From positions 1-60,309 of the forward strand of contig CALKOM010000027.1 in assembly GCA_938091905.1 (NCBI GenBank): a stretch of 60,309 nucleotides of DNA, given 5' to 3'. This document shows, in pieces, positions 48,464-56,917 of this stretch (positions are counted from its first letter, which is position 1; each line of letters starts with the position of its first letter). The notes beneath the pieces were generated by a model. The model saw only the letters and a program-made list of their open reading frames with translations. It was not told the DNA's origin and made no database searches. The position numbers were made by a program, and so were the translations under genes. The DNA comes from an uncultured Verrucomicrobiales bacterium (GTDB lineage Bacteria > Verrucomicrobiota > Verrucomicrobiia > Verrucomicrobiales > DEV007).

Positions 48464-51403
48464 TCAACGATCCCGCAGGCTTGCCGCGTCCTTCTGCTTC
48501 TCCGCCAGTAGCTCCCGAAATGCCACCAAGCGTTTCTGCAGGCCCGACTGGCTGGCAAGATTATGCTTCTCCTCCGGATCGGTCGTCAGGTTGTAAAGCT
48601 CTTCACCGTCGGGCCACTTCCCGTATCTCCAACGTTGATTTCGCAACGCGTAACCTAACTGTTTCCCGCGAGACACCACACTGTAGGCAACTTTCTTCTT
48701 TCCAGGCCGGTCAGGGTGATCAAGCAACGGGAGAAGTGAAGCTCCCGGCAATACTTCTGGCGGCGTGAGTCCTGTAAGATCGGCAAGAGTCGGATAGATA
48801 TCGATCAATTCAACCATCGCCTGGGAGACAGCACCTCCCTCTGTCACCCCTGGCACTCTTAAAATGAACGGCACCTTAGCCCCCACATCAAAGAGCGACA
48901 CTTTCCCCCAAAGGAAATGATCTCCCAGGTGATAGCCATGATCCGAGGTGAAGAGAACAATGGTATCTTCCCAATGGCCAGTCTTTCTGAGTGAATCGAC
49001 GACCAACTTAAGCTGAGCATCGATGAACGACACGCAAGCATGGTAGGCCTGCATGAACTCGCGACGACGTGCGTCGTCCTCCTTGCCGAGCTCGAAACCA
49101 AACGCTTTGTAACGTCCACTAAGCGCTTTGTGGGGAAGAGAGTCCCAGAGATCGGGGCGATCCGGAGTGTATTGTATCTTGTCTAACGGATACTGATCGA
49201 AGTACTGGCCTGGGGCTAAAAACGGCACATGCGGTTTCTGAATTCCGCAGACGATAAAGAACGGCTTCTCTTGACGAGCCTTCCCCTTCAGCCATCCGGC
49301 CACTTGGCGAACATTCTTTCCATCTTTGTGTTGGGCATCGGTCAGTCCGCTGCGCCCAAAGCCGGGCGGCGTCTGGGCATCGAGCTTCGCTGACGCCTCT
49401 TTGGCAAGCTTCCGCCATTTCTTTCGATTGGGTCCATCTTCAACCGAACCATGCGCCGCTTCGAACGCCTCACGTGCGGCGCTCACAACGGGAAGCTCAT
49501 CATTATCAAATCGAACAAACTCGTTCCACGCCTTCTTTCCGACCTCATGTCTCGGCGAGTGAAAGACCTTGCCCACGCTGCCGGTCCAGTAGCCGTTCTC
49601 TTTAAAAAACTGCGGCATGGTGATGGTGCCAGGACGCGTTTCTTGCAGGTTGACTTTGTTATCGAGGACGCCCGTCGACTCAGGATAAAGGCCACTGAGA
49701 AACGAAGCGCGCGATGGGCCACAAACCGGATACTGACAGAAAGCGCGTTGAAAAGTCATCGCCTCCGAGGCAAACTGAGCCAGCGTTGGCGTTTGGATAG
49801 GATCGTAGCCGGACGGCGAAACGTGCGTGTTCAAGTCATCACAAACGATCAGAAGAACATTCTTCTTTCGTAGTGTAGACTGCTTTGACCCCGCCGGGTC
49901 TAATGCAGCGCCCTTTTCCCAGCGAAAGGAGTCTCCCTCCAACACGAGATCTTTACGACGGTTCAGCTTTGGCTCGGGCTCGGCGAAAGTGGTCGGTGCC
50001 GACTGACGCATCGCTTCCTTCAATGGGGCATGCTCTTCTTCAGAAGCGAGGTTCGCCCATTCATTGGGATCGTTCTTGAGGTCATAGAGTTCCTCACCAT
50101 CCTGGCCATAGCGGATGTAGCGCCAGTCCTTGTTGATGATGACATATTCTCCCGCGTTCATGTGCGGGAGAAAGACGTTGCGATCCGTCGCTGAAGAAGG
50201 TTCACAAAGCGTCGCAGCCAGAGATTCGCCTTCCAACTTCTGACGAGGTGTTGATAGTCCACACAAATCGACGAAGGTTGGATACATATCGATCAGGCTT
50301 ACGGTAGTGTTGGTCTGCTGACCTTTGGCAATCCCTGGCCCAGCCCAAATGAACGGCACATTCGACGTCCGCTCCCACAGCGTGTGCTTCCCCCAATCGC
50401 CCTTCTCCCCATGGTGATAACCGTGATCACTCCACAGCACGACGATCGTGTTGTCTGCATACGGACTGGCTTCCAGTGCATCTAACACACGCCCCACCAT
50501 CGCGTCGGCGTAACTCATACAAGCGAGGTAGCCATGAATCGCATCTTGCACCACATCTAGGCTCTCCAGCTTCTGATGAATGCGTGACCGCGCCGTCTTG
50601 ATCTTACGAATCTTTGGTGGCAAATCGTCCAGGTCGTCTGCCTTGTAAGGAGGCAGAGCAATTTCATCGACTTCGTAGAGGTCAAAGTATTTCTGGGGGC
50701 AATAGTTCGGGAAATGAGGAGCGTACAGTCCCGCAGCAATAAAGAACGGACTCTTATGCTCCTTCTTGAGTTGCTCGACCGCCCAGTTGGCCCGGATGGA
50801 ATCCGCCATCTCCTCTTCCCGATCGTTGGGAATGGCACCCCACTCGAGGAACAAGCCGCCCGTCACTTCCTGACCTTTGTTGTAAACACTAGCCGGGAAG
50901 GGATCCGGGAACGGCGTTTCTTTACTCCACGAGTCGAGTGGCCATCCACTCTGGCGTTGTTCTGGATTCCTTAGAAAGAAGGTATCCCATCCCCGTTGAT
51001 CGATCATCCCAGCTGGATGATGGAAGAGCTTCCCTACACCCAAGGTGGTGTATCCGGCTTTGCTGAAACTCGTTTGAAGGGATTCAATGCTTGGACGATG
51101 GACAAAGTAAGTCGCCGTCCGATAGCACCCCGTGGTCGAAGCGAATTGCCCAGAGAAGATCGCCGCCCGAGATGGCGCACAGAAGACACCGGCAGTATGC
51201 GCATTCGTAAAGTTCACGCCACGGGCAGCCAGGCGGTCAATGTTGGGCGTGATCGCTCTCGGTGTCGTCTCAAGACAACCAATCCAGTCGTTCATGTCAT
51301 CGACCGCCAAGAAAAGAACGTTAGGTTTCTCTTGGGCATCACCGAGAACAATCGTGAATACCAGCGCAGCAAGAACAAGATGTTTGCAGAAGTGAGATAG
51401 CAT
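48464..51403 (-). CDS. Tandem double sulfatase (two iduronate/choline-sulfatase-like S1 domains)
   Basis: Domain 1: AVDDMN, CAPSR, GKLFH, SDHGYH. Domain 2: [24 protein letters not shown]. Confidence 0.92.
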   Translation of the reverse strand: MLSHFCKHLVLAALVFTIVLGDAQEKPNVLFLAVDDMNDWIGCLETTPRAITPNIDRLAARGVNFTNAHTAGVFCAPSRAAIFSGQFASTTGCYRTATYFVHRPSIESLQTSFSKAGYTTLGVGKLFHHPAGMIDQRGWDTFFLRNPEQRQSGWPLDSWSKETPFPDPFPASVYNKGQEVTGGLFLEWGAIPNDREEEMADSIRANWAVEQLKKEHKSPFFIAAGLYAPHFPNYCPQKYFDLYEVDEIALPPYKADDLDDLPPKIRKIKTARSRIHQKLESLDVVQDAIHGYLACMSYADAMVGRVLDALEASPYADNTIVVLWSDHGYHHGEKGDWGKHTLWERTSNVPFIWAGPGIAKGQQTNTTVSLIDMYPTFVDLCGLSTPRQKLEGESLAATLCEPSSATDRNVFLPHMNAGEYVIINKDWRYIRYGQDGEELYDLKNDPNEWANLASEEEHAPLKEAMRQSAPTTFAEPEPKLNRRKDLVLEGDSFRWEKGAALDPAGSKQSTLRKKNVLLIVCDDLNTHVSPSGYDPIQTPTLAQFASEAMTFQRAFCQYPVCGPSRASFLSGLYPESTGVLDNKVNLQETRPGTITMPQFFKENGYWTGSVGKVFHSPRHEVGKKAWNEFVRFDNDELPVVSAAREAFEAAHGSVEDGPNRKKWRKLAKEASAKLDAQTPPGFGRSGLTDAQHKDGKNVRQVAGWLKGKARQEKPFFIVCGIQKPHVPFLAPGQYFDQYPLDKIQYTPDRPDLWDSLPHKALSGRYKAFGFELGKEDDARRREFMQAYHACVSFIDAQLKLVVDSLRKTGHWEDTIVLFTSDHGYHLGDHFLWGKVSLFDVGAKVPFILRVPGVTEGGAVSQAMVELIDIYPTLADLTGLTPPEVLPGASLLPLLDHPDRPGKKKVAYSVVSRGKQLGYALRNQRWRYGKWPDGEELYNLTTDPEEKHNLASQSGLQKRLVAFRELLAEKQKDAASLRDR

Positions 51404-51479
51404 GTAGGAAGCGTTGGGCTAAGTAGGCATGAAAGAACTACTCAAGACGGCAGTCAACACCCTGGGCAAGAAAGCTCCT

Positions 51480-53117
51480 CTACCTCGCTCCCAAAGCGAT
51501 CAACTCACCGAGTCGGAGGATCCCAGCCGTATCAAGAACGAGTTGCTTCTCCTGATCTGGAAGGTCAAAAGCTTTGAGATGAATGACATGGTCATCCGTG
51601 GCCGACATCTTTTCAACATCAGCGACCACGTCGATTGCATTGACAGCCTTGTCATCAGTGGGCTGCTGTTGACTCACCATCCAGATGAGTTTCGGAAGTG
51701 AAAGATCACGGCGGCTCTGTTCAATCAAAGAATGTAGACGCTTGGCAGCATCTCGTCGATAGGGCGCAAAGGACATGTCGTTCTCGCCAAGATGATAGAA
51801 CACACCAGCAAGCTGAACCTCATGGCCCTTGGCTTCCAGGTCGCGAACAGAATCACTGATGAACTTGATCAGTCTGGGCTAAAGGTTTCGAGTTTTAGCC
51901 ATGCTCCCCTCGGGCGTCCAGTCGATGATCTGCGAACCACTGTGAGTGAACTTGGCAATAGCGATGTTGCTAGTTCCGGCCTCCTTGAGAGACTGAGCAA
52001 AGCTCAATTCGGGACCAAAGGTGTCATAAGGGCCTGCCGGTCCGAGAGGCTCCCAACCATCGGAGACCTTGACTCCGCCGCCCAGGCTGTATTTGTAGGC
52101 AATGTCACCGTCATCATTGAGCAAGGACGGTTCCAGCTGTTGAAGGTTCTGCACGAAGGCGCGTTCGCCTTCCATATTGCGATGCCCCGCGAGGATAAAC
52201 AAGTTAACCTTGCTGCCCTCCTTATAGGGCCATTCATCAAGCGGCCTCTTGGCTTCAGATAACTTGCCGATAGACTTCAGATAGGCGTCAGCGTAATTCA
52301 CACCATGCTCAAGTTGGCCCAACGTGCTATAATGATAGTGCAACCCACCACCACCACCAATCTCGACGCCCACGTGCGCCGTAGGAACGTACTCTGCTAG
52401 AGAGTCGGTATCCGCAACCGTCTTCTGACCTTGGCTGATCGCATGCATCCTTGATCGCAGGTCCATTCCCCAAATGGTTTTCGTGCAGAGCTCACCAATA
52501 TAAAACTTCAAGTCGGGCACTGCCAGGTCACGGCGCCACTTGGTCAACAAATTGGCCAAATTATCGCCGTAGTACTTCATGTAATTCTCCTCAAACATAT
52601 CGTTCTCCCCCTGATGCCACATGACACCTTCAATGCGATAGGGAATCTGCTGTTTGTCGAATGCTGCCAGTGAGGATCGGATCAGTGCCAGAGATCGAGG
52701 ATACATCTTGAAACCGCTCGGCTTATCTGGGTTCCAGTCTCCACCCAGATGAGTGCCGCCAGCCGCGCACTTGATGATAGCAATGGGGATATCAATATGT
52801 TGCGTGACCTTCCGCGCAAAGCTCAACTCTGGCCCCACAATGTTGTTCACAGGTTGAAGATCGACCCAACCGTTAGAGGTCGACTTGTTCTCACGACCAA
52901 TGCTGTAGGAGCATCTAACAGTTGGCTGAGGTTTCTCCAAGCCAGCAAACGGAGGAAAGCGCTTGATATCGTCGACTTTAGAATCAGAACCAACCATATT
53001 CGACTGGCCCGCAAAGATGAAGACTCGAACGGGATCCTGATCTCCCAAGACATGTCCAGCAGTGAACAAGGGGAAGACGGCAGCAACAGAGAGTAGGAAT
53101 CCAGAAAGTCTGTTCAT
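51480..53117 (-). pseudogene. Two-domain SASA/DUF303 acetylesterase interrupted by one in-frame TAG (51879-51881)
   Basis: AGQSNM, GPELSFA and WHQGEND in domain 1. The frame reads RNL*PRLIKF...FYHLGEND straight into ORF 51480-51803. Confidence 0.75.
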
Positions 53118-53201
53118 TGCGCCAATCAAATCAGCTGAGACGGCGTACGGCCAGTTCCAAGACCGTTGCGAGTGAGGCAAATCGGGGAATAGCAAGTGCG
53201 C

Positions 53202-54692
53202 CTATGCCAGGACGTCCTCAATGACATGCCCGTGCACATTGGTTAGGCGGCGTTCAAGACCATTGTGGTAATAGCTCAGCCGCTCATGGTCGAGCCCCAT
53301 GAGATGGAGAATCGTGGCGTTGAAATCATAAATCTCAACAGGATCGACAGCTGTCTTGAATCCAAACTCATCGCTCTCACCAAAGCTGAACCCCTTCTTC
53401 ACCCCAGCGCCGGCGAGAATACAAGTAAAGGCGTCAGGATTGTGATCACGCCCCGTGCCGTTGCCTTGAAGGAAAGGCATGCGTCCGAACTCGCTGCACC
53501 AGACAACAAGCGTATCTTCTAACAAACCGCGACGTTTCATGTCGCGAATCATGGCGGCGGTAGGGTGGTCCATGATCTCAGCCTGCATGGCATGCGTGTC
53601 TAGAATATTGGAATGTGAGTCCCAGTTCGTGATCCCATTTCCCCCAGCAGGATCACTGCCATTGAAGAGCTGAACAACCCGTACACCTTTCTCGATTAGA
53701 CGGCGAGCGAGTATGCAGTTCTTCGCATACTCGCGTTTCAACTCGGTCCCCGTATCCGTGCCATATTCCTTATGAATCGACTCCGGCTCTCCGGACATAT
53801 CCATCATGTCTGGAACTGAGGTCTGCATCTGCCCCGCCAGCTCGTAGCTCGCAATGCGGGCAGCCAGGTCAGCGTCGCCAGGATACTGTTCGAGATGTCT
53901 AGCGTTCAGCCGCTTGAGGAGATCAACCGTCTTCTTATCATCAGAAGCCGTAAGACTCTGCGGGCGACGCAGATTGGCAGGAGGATTCTTGGCGTTGAAA
54001 TCGGTTCCCTGAAAGGCTGCAGGCAAGAAGCCATTCCCAAAGTTGTTCTTTCCGGATCGAGCAAGTCCACGTGGATCATTGATCGCCACAAAGGCGGGGA
54101 GATCGTGACACTCCGATCCTAGGGCATAGGTGACCCAAGCCCCAAACGATGGAAAGCCTTCCATCGTAAAGCCCGTGTTAAAGAAATTCTCACCCTGGGG
54201 ATGCGCACTCGTCTGTGTGTGAAGCGAGTGGATGAAACAAAAGTCATCCGCCAACGCGCCCATGTTAGGAAGGAGTTCGGACGTCATCTTACCGCTTTCG
54301 CCGCGCGGTTTGAACTCCCAGAAGGGTTTCGCGATATTGCCCGTTGGCCCCTCAAACGTCACGGCAGGTACACCAGGAGGCTTTTGACCGTGATACTTGG
54401 TTAGGGCAGGTTTGTAATCAAAGGTATCCACATGACTGGGCGCACCGGGGCAGTAGATGACGAGCACTTGCTTCGCAGCTCCGGCGAAATGGCTTCCTCG
54501 GGGCGTATACGGATTGTCGGCATCGATGCTAGGCCGAATGGGCTGCTTGCCGCTAAACGCCGCCGGATCGTCCTCCGCAGCCAACAACTGCGCTAGACCA
54601 AGCCCACCAAGCGTGAGACCGCTGTTGCGCATGAAATTCCTGCGATTGAGTAGCTGGCGCCCTCGAGGGGTCAAATGTTCTGGCTGAATCAT
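53202..54692 (-). CDS. DUF1501 family protein (Tat-exported)
   Basis: NRRNF twin-arginine motif, PSHVDTFDYKP, ARRLIEKGVR, WDSH, SEFGRMP and GRDHN. Confidence 0.9.
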   Translation of the reverse strand: MIQPEHLTPRGRQLLNRRNFMRNSGLTLGGLGLAQLLAAEDDPAAFSGKQPIRPSIDADNPYTPRGSHFAGAAKQVLVIYCPGAPSHVDTFDYKPALTKYHGQKPPGVPAVTFEGPTGNIAKPFWEFKPRGESGKMTSELLPNMGALADDFCFIHSLHTQTSAHPQGENFFNTGFTMEGFPSFGAWVTYALGSECHDLPAFVAINDPRGLARSGKNNFGNGFLPAAFQGTDFNAKNPPANLRRPQSLTASDDKKTVDLLKRLNARHLEQYPGDADLAARIASYELAGQMQTSVPDMMDMSGEPESIHKEYGTDTGTELKREYAKNCILARRLIEKGVRVVQLFNGSDPAGGNGITNWDSHSNILDTHAMQAEIMDHPTAAMIRDMKRRGLLEDTLVVWCSEFGRMPFLQGNGTGRDHNPDAFTCILAGAGVKKGFSFGESDEFGFKTAVDPVEIYDFNATILHLMGLDHERLSYYHNGLERRLTNVHGHVIEDVLA

Positions 54693-54720
54693 AAGGTTAG
54701 AAAGCAAAGGTGAATAAAGT

Positions 54721-54863
54721 CTCACGCAGAGACGCAGAGACGCAGAGACGCAGAGGGGGTGTTATTCTATGCCCGTTGAGCAATCGATGAGCGTCTGGCC
54801 ACGACCAAGCCCTATCACAGATAGCTTGTTTAGAAACTCTGCGTCTCTGCGTATCTGCGTGAG
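54721..54863. mobile_element. Short non-autonomous element with inverted (ACGCAGAG)n ends
   Basis: CTC(ACGCAGAG)x4 at 54721-54755 and an inverted x3 copy with one mismatch at 54837-54863; 81-nt interior. The ends match those of the GxxExxY element. Confidence 0.7.
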
Positions 54864-54866
54864 CAT

Positions 54867-56486
54867 TCATTTCTTCAGGATCTCGCTGAGTTCCGCCGTG
54901 AGTTTCGCGACGACATCAGGATGAGAACTAGCGACGTTAATAGTTTCCGTGGGATCTTTCTCGTGATCAAAAAGTTCGGTGAAGATCGGATTCGATGCGG
55001 AATCCCGATGATCGCGCCACACCACGAGACGATAGCGATTCGAACGCAGGGTGTACCCCGTCAGATGATTCTCAAAGAGATCCCGGTCCCAAACATCCCC
55101 CTGTTGCTTGATGATCTTGGCTTCCACATCCTTGATCAACGGGCCAAAAAAGGTCTCGCGCATTGCCGGTGAGAGAGGATTCGCAGCCCACTCGCGCAGG
55201 GCTGGATTGGGAAACTGACTGATCGCCGCCTTCTTCATCTCAAATTCCGGATCATCCAAGATAGGCGCAAAGCTACGGCCCTCAATATGCTTGGGCTTGG
55301 GAAGCCCTGCAAGATCACACAGCGCTGGATAAATGTCGAGTAGCTCTACCAGCCCTTTGCTACTCTTGCCTTTAGCTTTCATGTTAGGAGTCGACGCGAT
55401 CAACGGCACGCGTGTGGCGATCTCGTAGTTCGTCGCTTTTCCCCAAATGCCCATCTCACCGAGATGCCAGCCATGGTCGCCCCAAACAATGATGAGGGTA
55501 TTGTCACTGATACCGGTTTCCGCAAGGGTGCTGATAAGCTTGCCAATCTGGGCATCCACATAACTAACACTCGCATAATAGGCGTGAAGCAAAGTGCGGG
55601 CCAACTCCTCATCAAGCGGGCCATACTTTGGAATGCCAGCCCGCGTGCGCAGCTCGAAGGAAGCATGCAGCCCCATCGCTGCGCCAACTTTCGGGCCATC
55701 GATTTGGTTCGCTAGCTGGATCTTGTCACGATCATACATGTCCCAATACTTCTTTGGCGCGATCCAGTTGAGATGTGGAAGCTTGTAGCCCATTGCCAAG
55801 AAGATCGGCTTATCAACCTGGTCGCTCGTCATTTGCTTGAGCGTGGCCATGGCCAACTCAGTATTGTAGCCATCGATGTAACGATGATCCGGAACATCGG
55901 CATTCTCGTAGGCGGGCCCACTACCCAATCCGCGCTTGGCCGCTTCGCCATACTTTTCAAACATCGCCTTGAAGTTGTCATTACGCAGCTTCTGATTCTC
56001 TGCCAGAGCGTAGGGCGATTTAGGCCTGGGCACCCTGACTAGCTTGTGCGCCGGTTTGCGAGTCCAAGACTCCGGCGAGTGCTCAGGACGATGATAGATC
56101 TTGCCACAGAAGACCGTTTCGTAGCCATGGTTGGCAAAGTGATTGGGAAGCGTCGTCAGGCTTTTGTCTACAGCAGTGAAATCGATGTAGTTGTGCGTCA
56201 GTCCATTGGTATCCGGTCGCGTGCCCGTCATCAGACTCGCACGCGAGGGAGAGCAGATGGCCTCCTGACAATAAGCCCGATCGAAACGCATCCCTTGCGC
56301 TGCAAGCGCATCGAGATTTGGCGACTTCACCGCTGGCGAGCCGTAGCAGCCAAGTTCTGGCCTCAGATCATCGATGGCTATAAAGAGGATATTCGGTTTG
56401 TCGGCAGCGTGAGCGCCGCAGCAAATGAATAAAAGGCTCACGCAGAGACGCAGAGACGCAGAGGATTTTGATAACGAGTGGTTCAT
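54867..56486 (-). CDS. Sulfatase, iduronate-2-sulfatase-like
   Basis: KPNILFIAIDDLRP, CSPSR, GKIYH and GDHGWHLGE...WGK. Confidence 0.92.
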   Translation of the reverse strand: MNHSLSKSSASLRLCVSLLFICCGAHAADKPNILFIAIDDLRPELGCYGSPAVKSPNLDALAAQGMRFDRAYCQEAICSPSRASLMTGTRPDTNGLTHNYIDFTAVDKSLTTLPNHFANHGYETVFCGKIYHRPEHSPESWTRKPAHKLVRVPRPKSPYALAENQKLRNDNFKAMFEKYGEAAKRGLGSGPAYENADVPDHRYIDGYNTELAMATLKQMTSDQVDKPIFLAMGYKLPHLNWIAPKKYWDMYDRDKIQLANQIDGPKVGAAMGLHASFELRTRAGIPKYGPLDEELARTLLHAYYASVSYVDAQIGKLISTLAETGISDNTLIIVWGDHGWHLGEMGIWGKATNYEIATRVPLIASTPNMKAKGKSSKGLVELLDIYPALCDLAGLPKPKHIEGRSFAPILDDPEFEMKKAAISQFPNPALREWAANPLSPAMRETFFGPLIKDVEAKIIKQQGDVWDRDLFENHLTGYTLRSNRYRLVVWRDHRDSASNPIFTELFDHEKDPTETINVASSHPDVVAKLTAELSEILKK

Positions 56487-56903
56487 TCTGGAAGATCGTT
56501 GACGATGCGGTGGAGCCCCTCTTTCAGCAAGGGTGCTCCGAAATTGATGAGAAGGCCTAACTGGATTTTGGAGAGCTTCAAATAGGTAAAAACTTGTTTC
56601 TTGTGGAAAGGTTGCACCGACTCAAGTGACTTCAGCTCTATCAGAACCTTTCCATCCACGATAATGTCAGCACAAAAGCTCTCGTCGATGATATGACCGT
56701 CCCATTCTACAGGGATAGCCACCTCAGTCTTTACCTCTAAACCGGCTTTTCGTAACTCATAGGCCAAGATTCGCTGATACACCGACTCAAGCAATCCAGG
56801 GGCCAAAACCGTATGCACATTCACCGCCCGATCAACGATCAGCCCCGAGATTTCATTGGGTTCCGCACAAGAATCTCTGCGTCTCTGCGTCTCTGCGTGA
56901 GCC
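56435..56903. mobile_element. GxxExxY element bounded by perfect 29-bp inverted repeats
   Basis: GGCTC(ACGCAGAG)x3 at 56435-56463 and its exact reverse complement at 56875-56903 enclose the nuclease gene. Confidence 0.75.
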
Positions 56904-56917
56904 ATCTTCATCATCAC
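56483..56917 (-). CDS. GxxExxY protein (PD-(D/E)XK nuclease fold)
   Basis: PGLLESVY, ADIIV...IELKS, QVFTYL and GLLINFG. Confidence 0.92.
   Translation of the reverse strand: MMMKMAHAETQRRRDSCAEPNEISGLIVDRAVNVHTVLAPGLLESVYQRILAYELRKAGLEVKTEVAIPVEWDGHIIDESFCADIIVDGKVLIELKSLESVQPFHKKQVFTYLKLSKIQLGLLINFGAPLLKEGLHRIVNDLPE

Noticed and set aside
14126..53117. Stop-codon reassignment, suggested by several TAA/TAG codons at Tyr or Trp positions
   Set aside because: Conserved core genes in the window end normally at TAA, TAG and TGA, and two of the three affected genes also carry frameshifts.
54721..56903. CRISPR array interpretation of the ACGCAGAG repeats, together with the Cas4-like domain at 1799
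   Set aside because: The units are 8-nt head-to-tail repeats without spacers, arranged as inverted pairs, and no cas operon is present.
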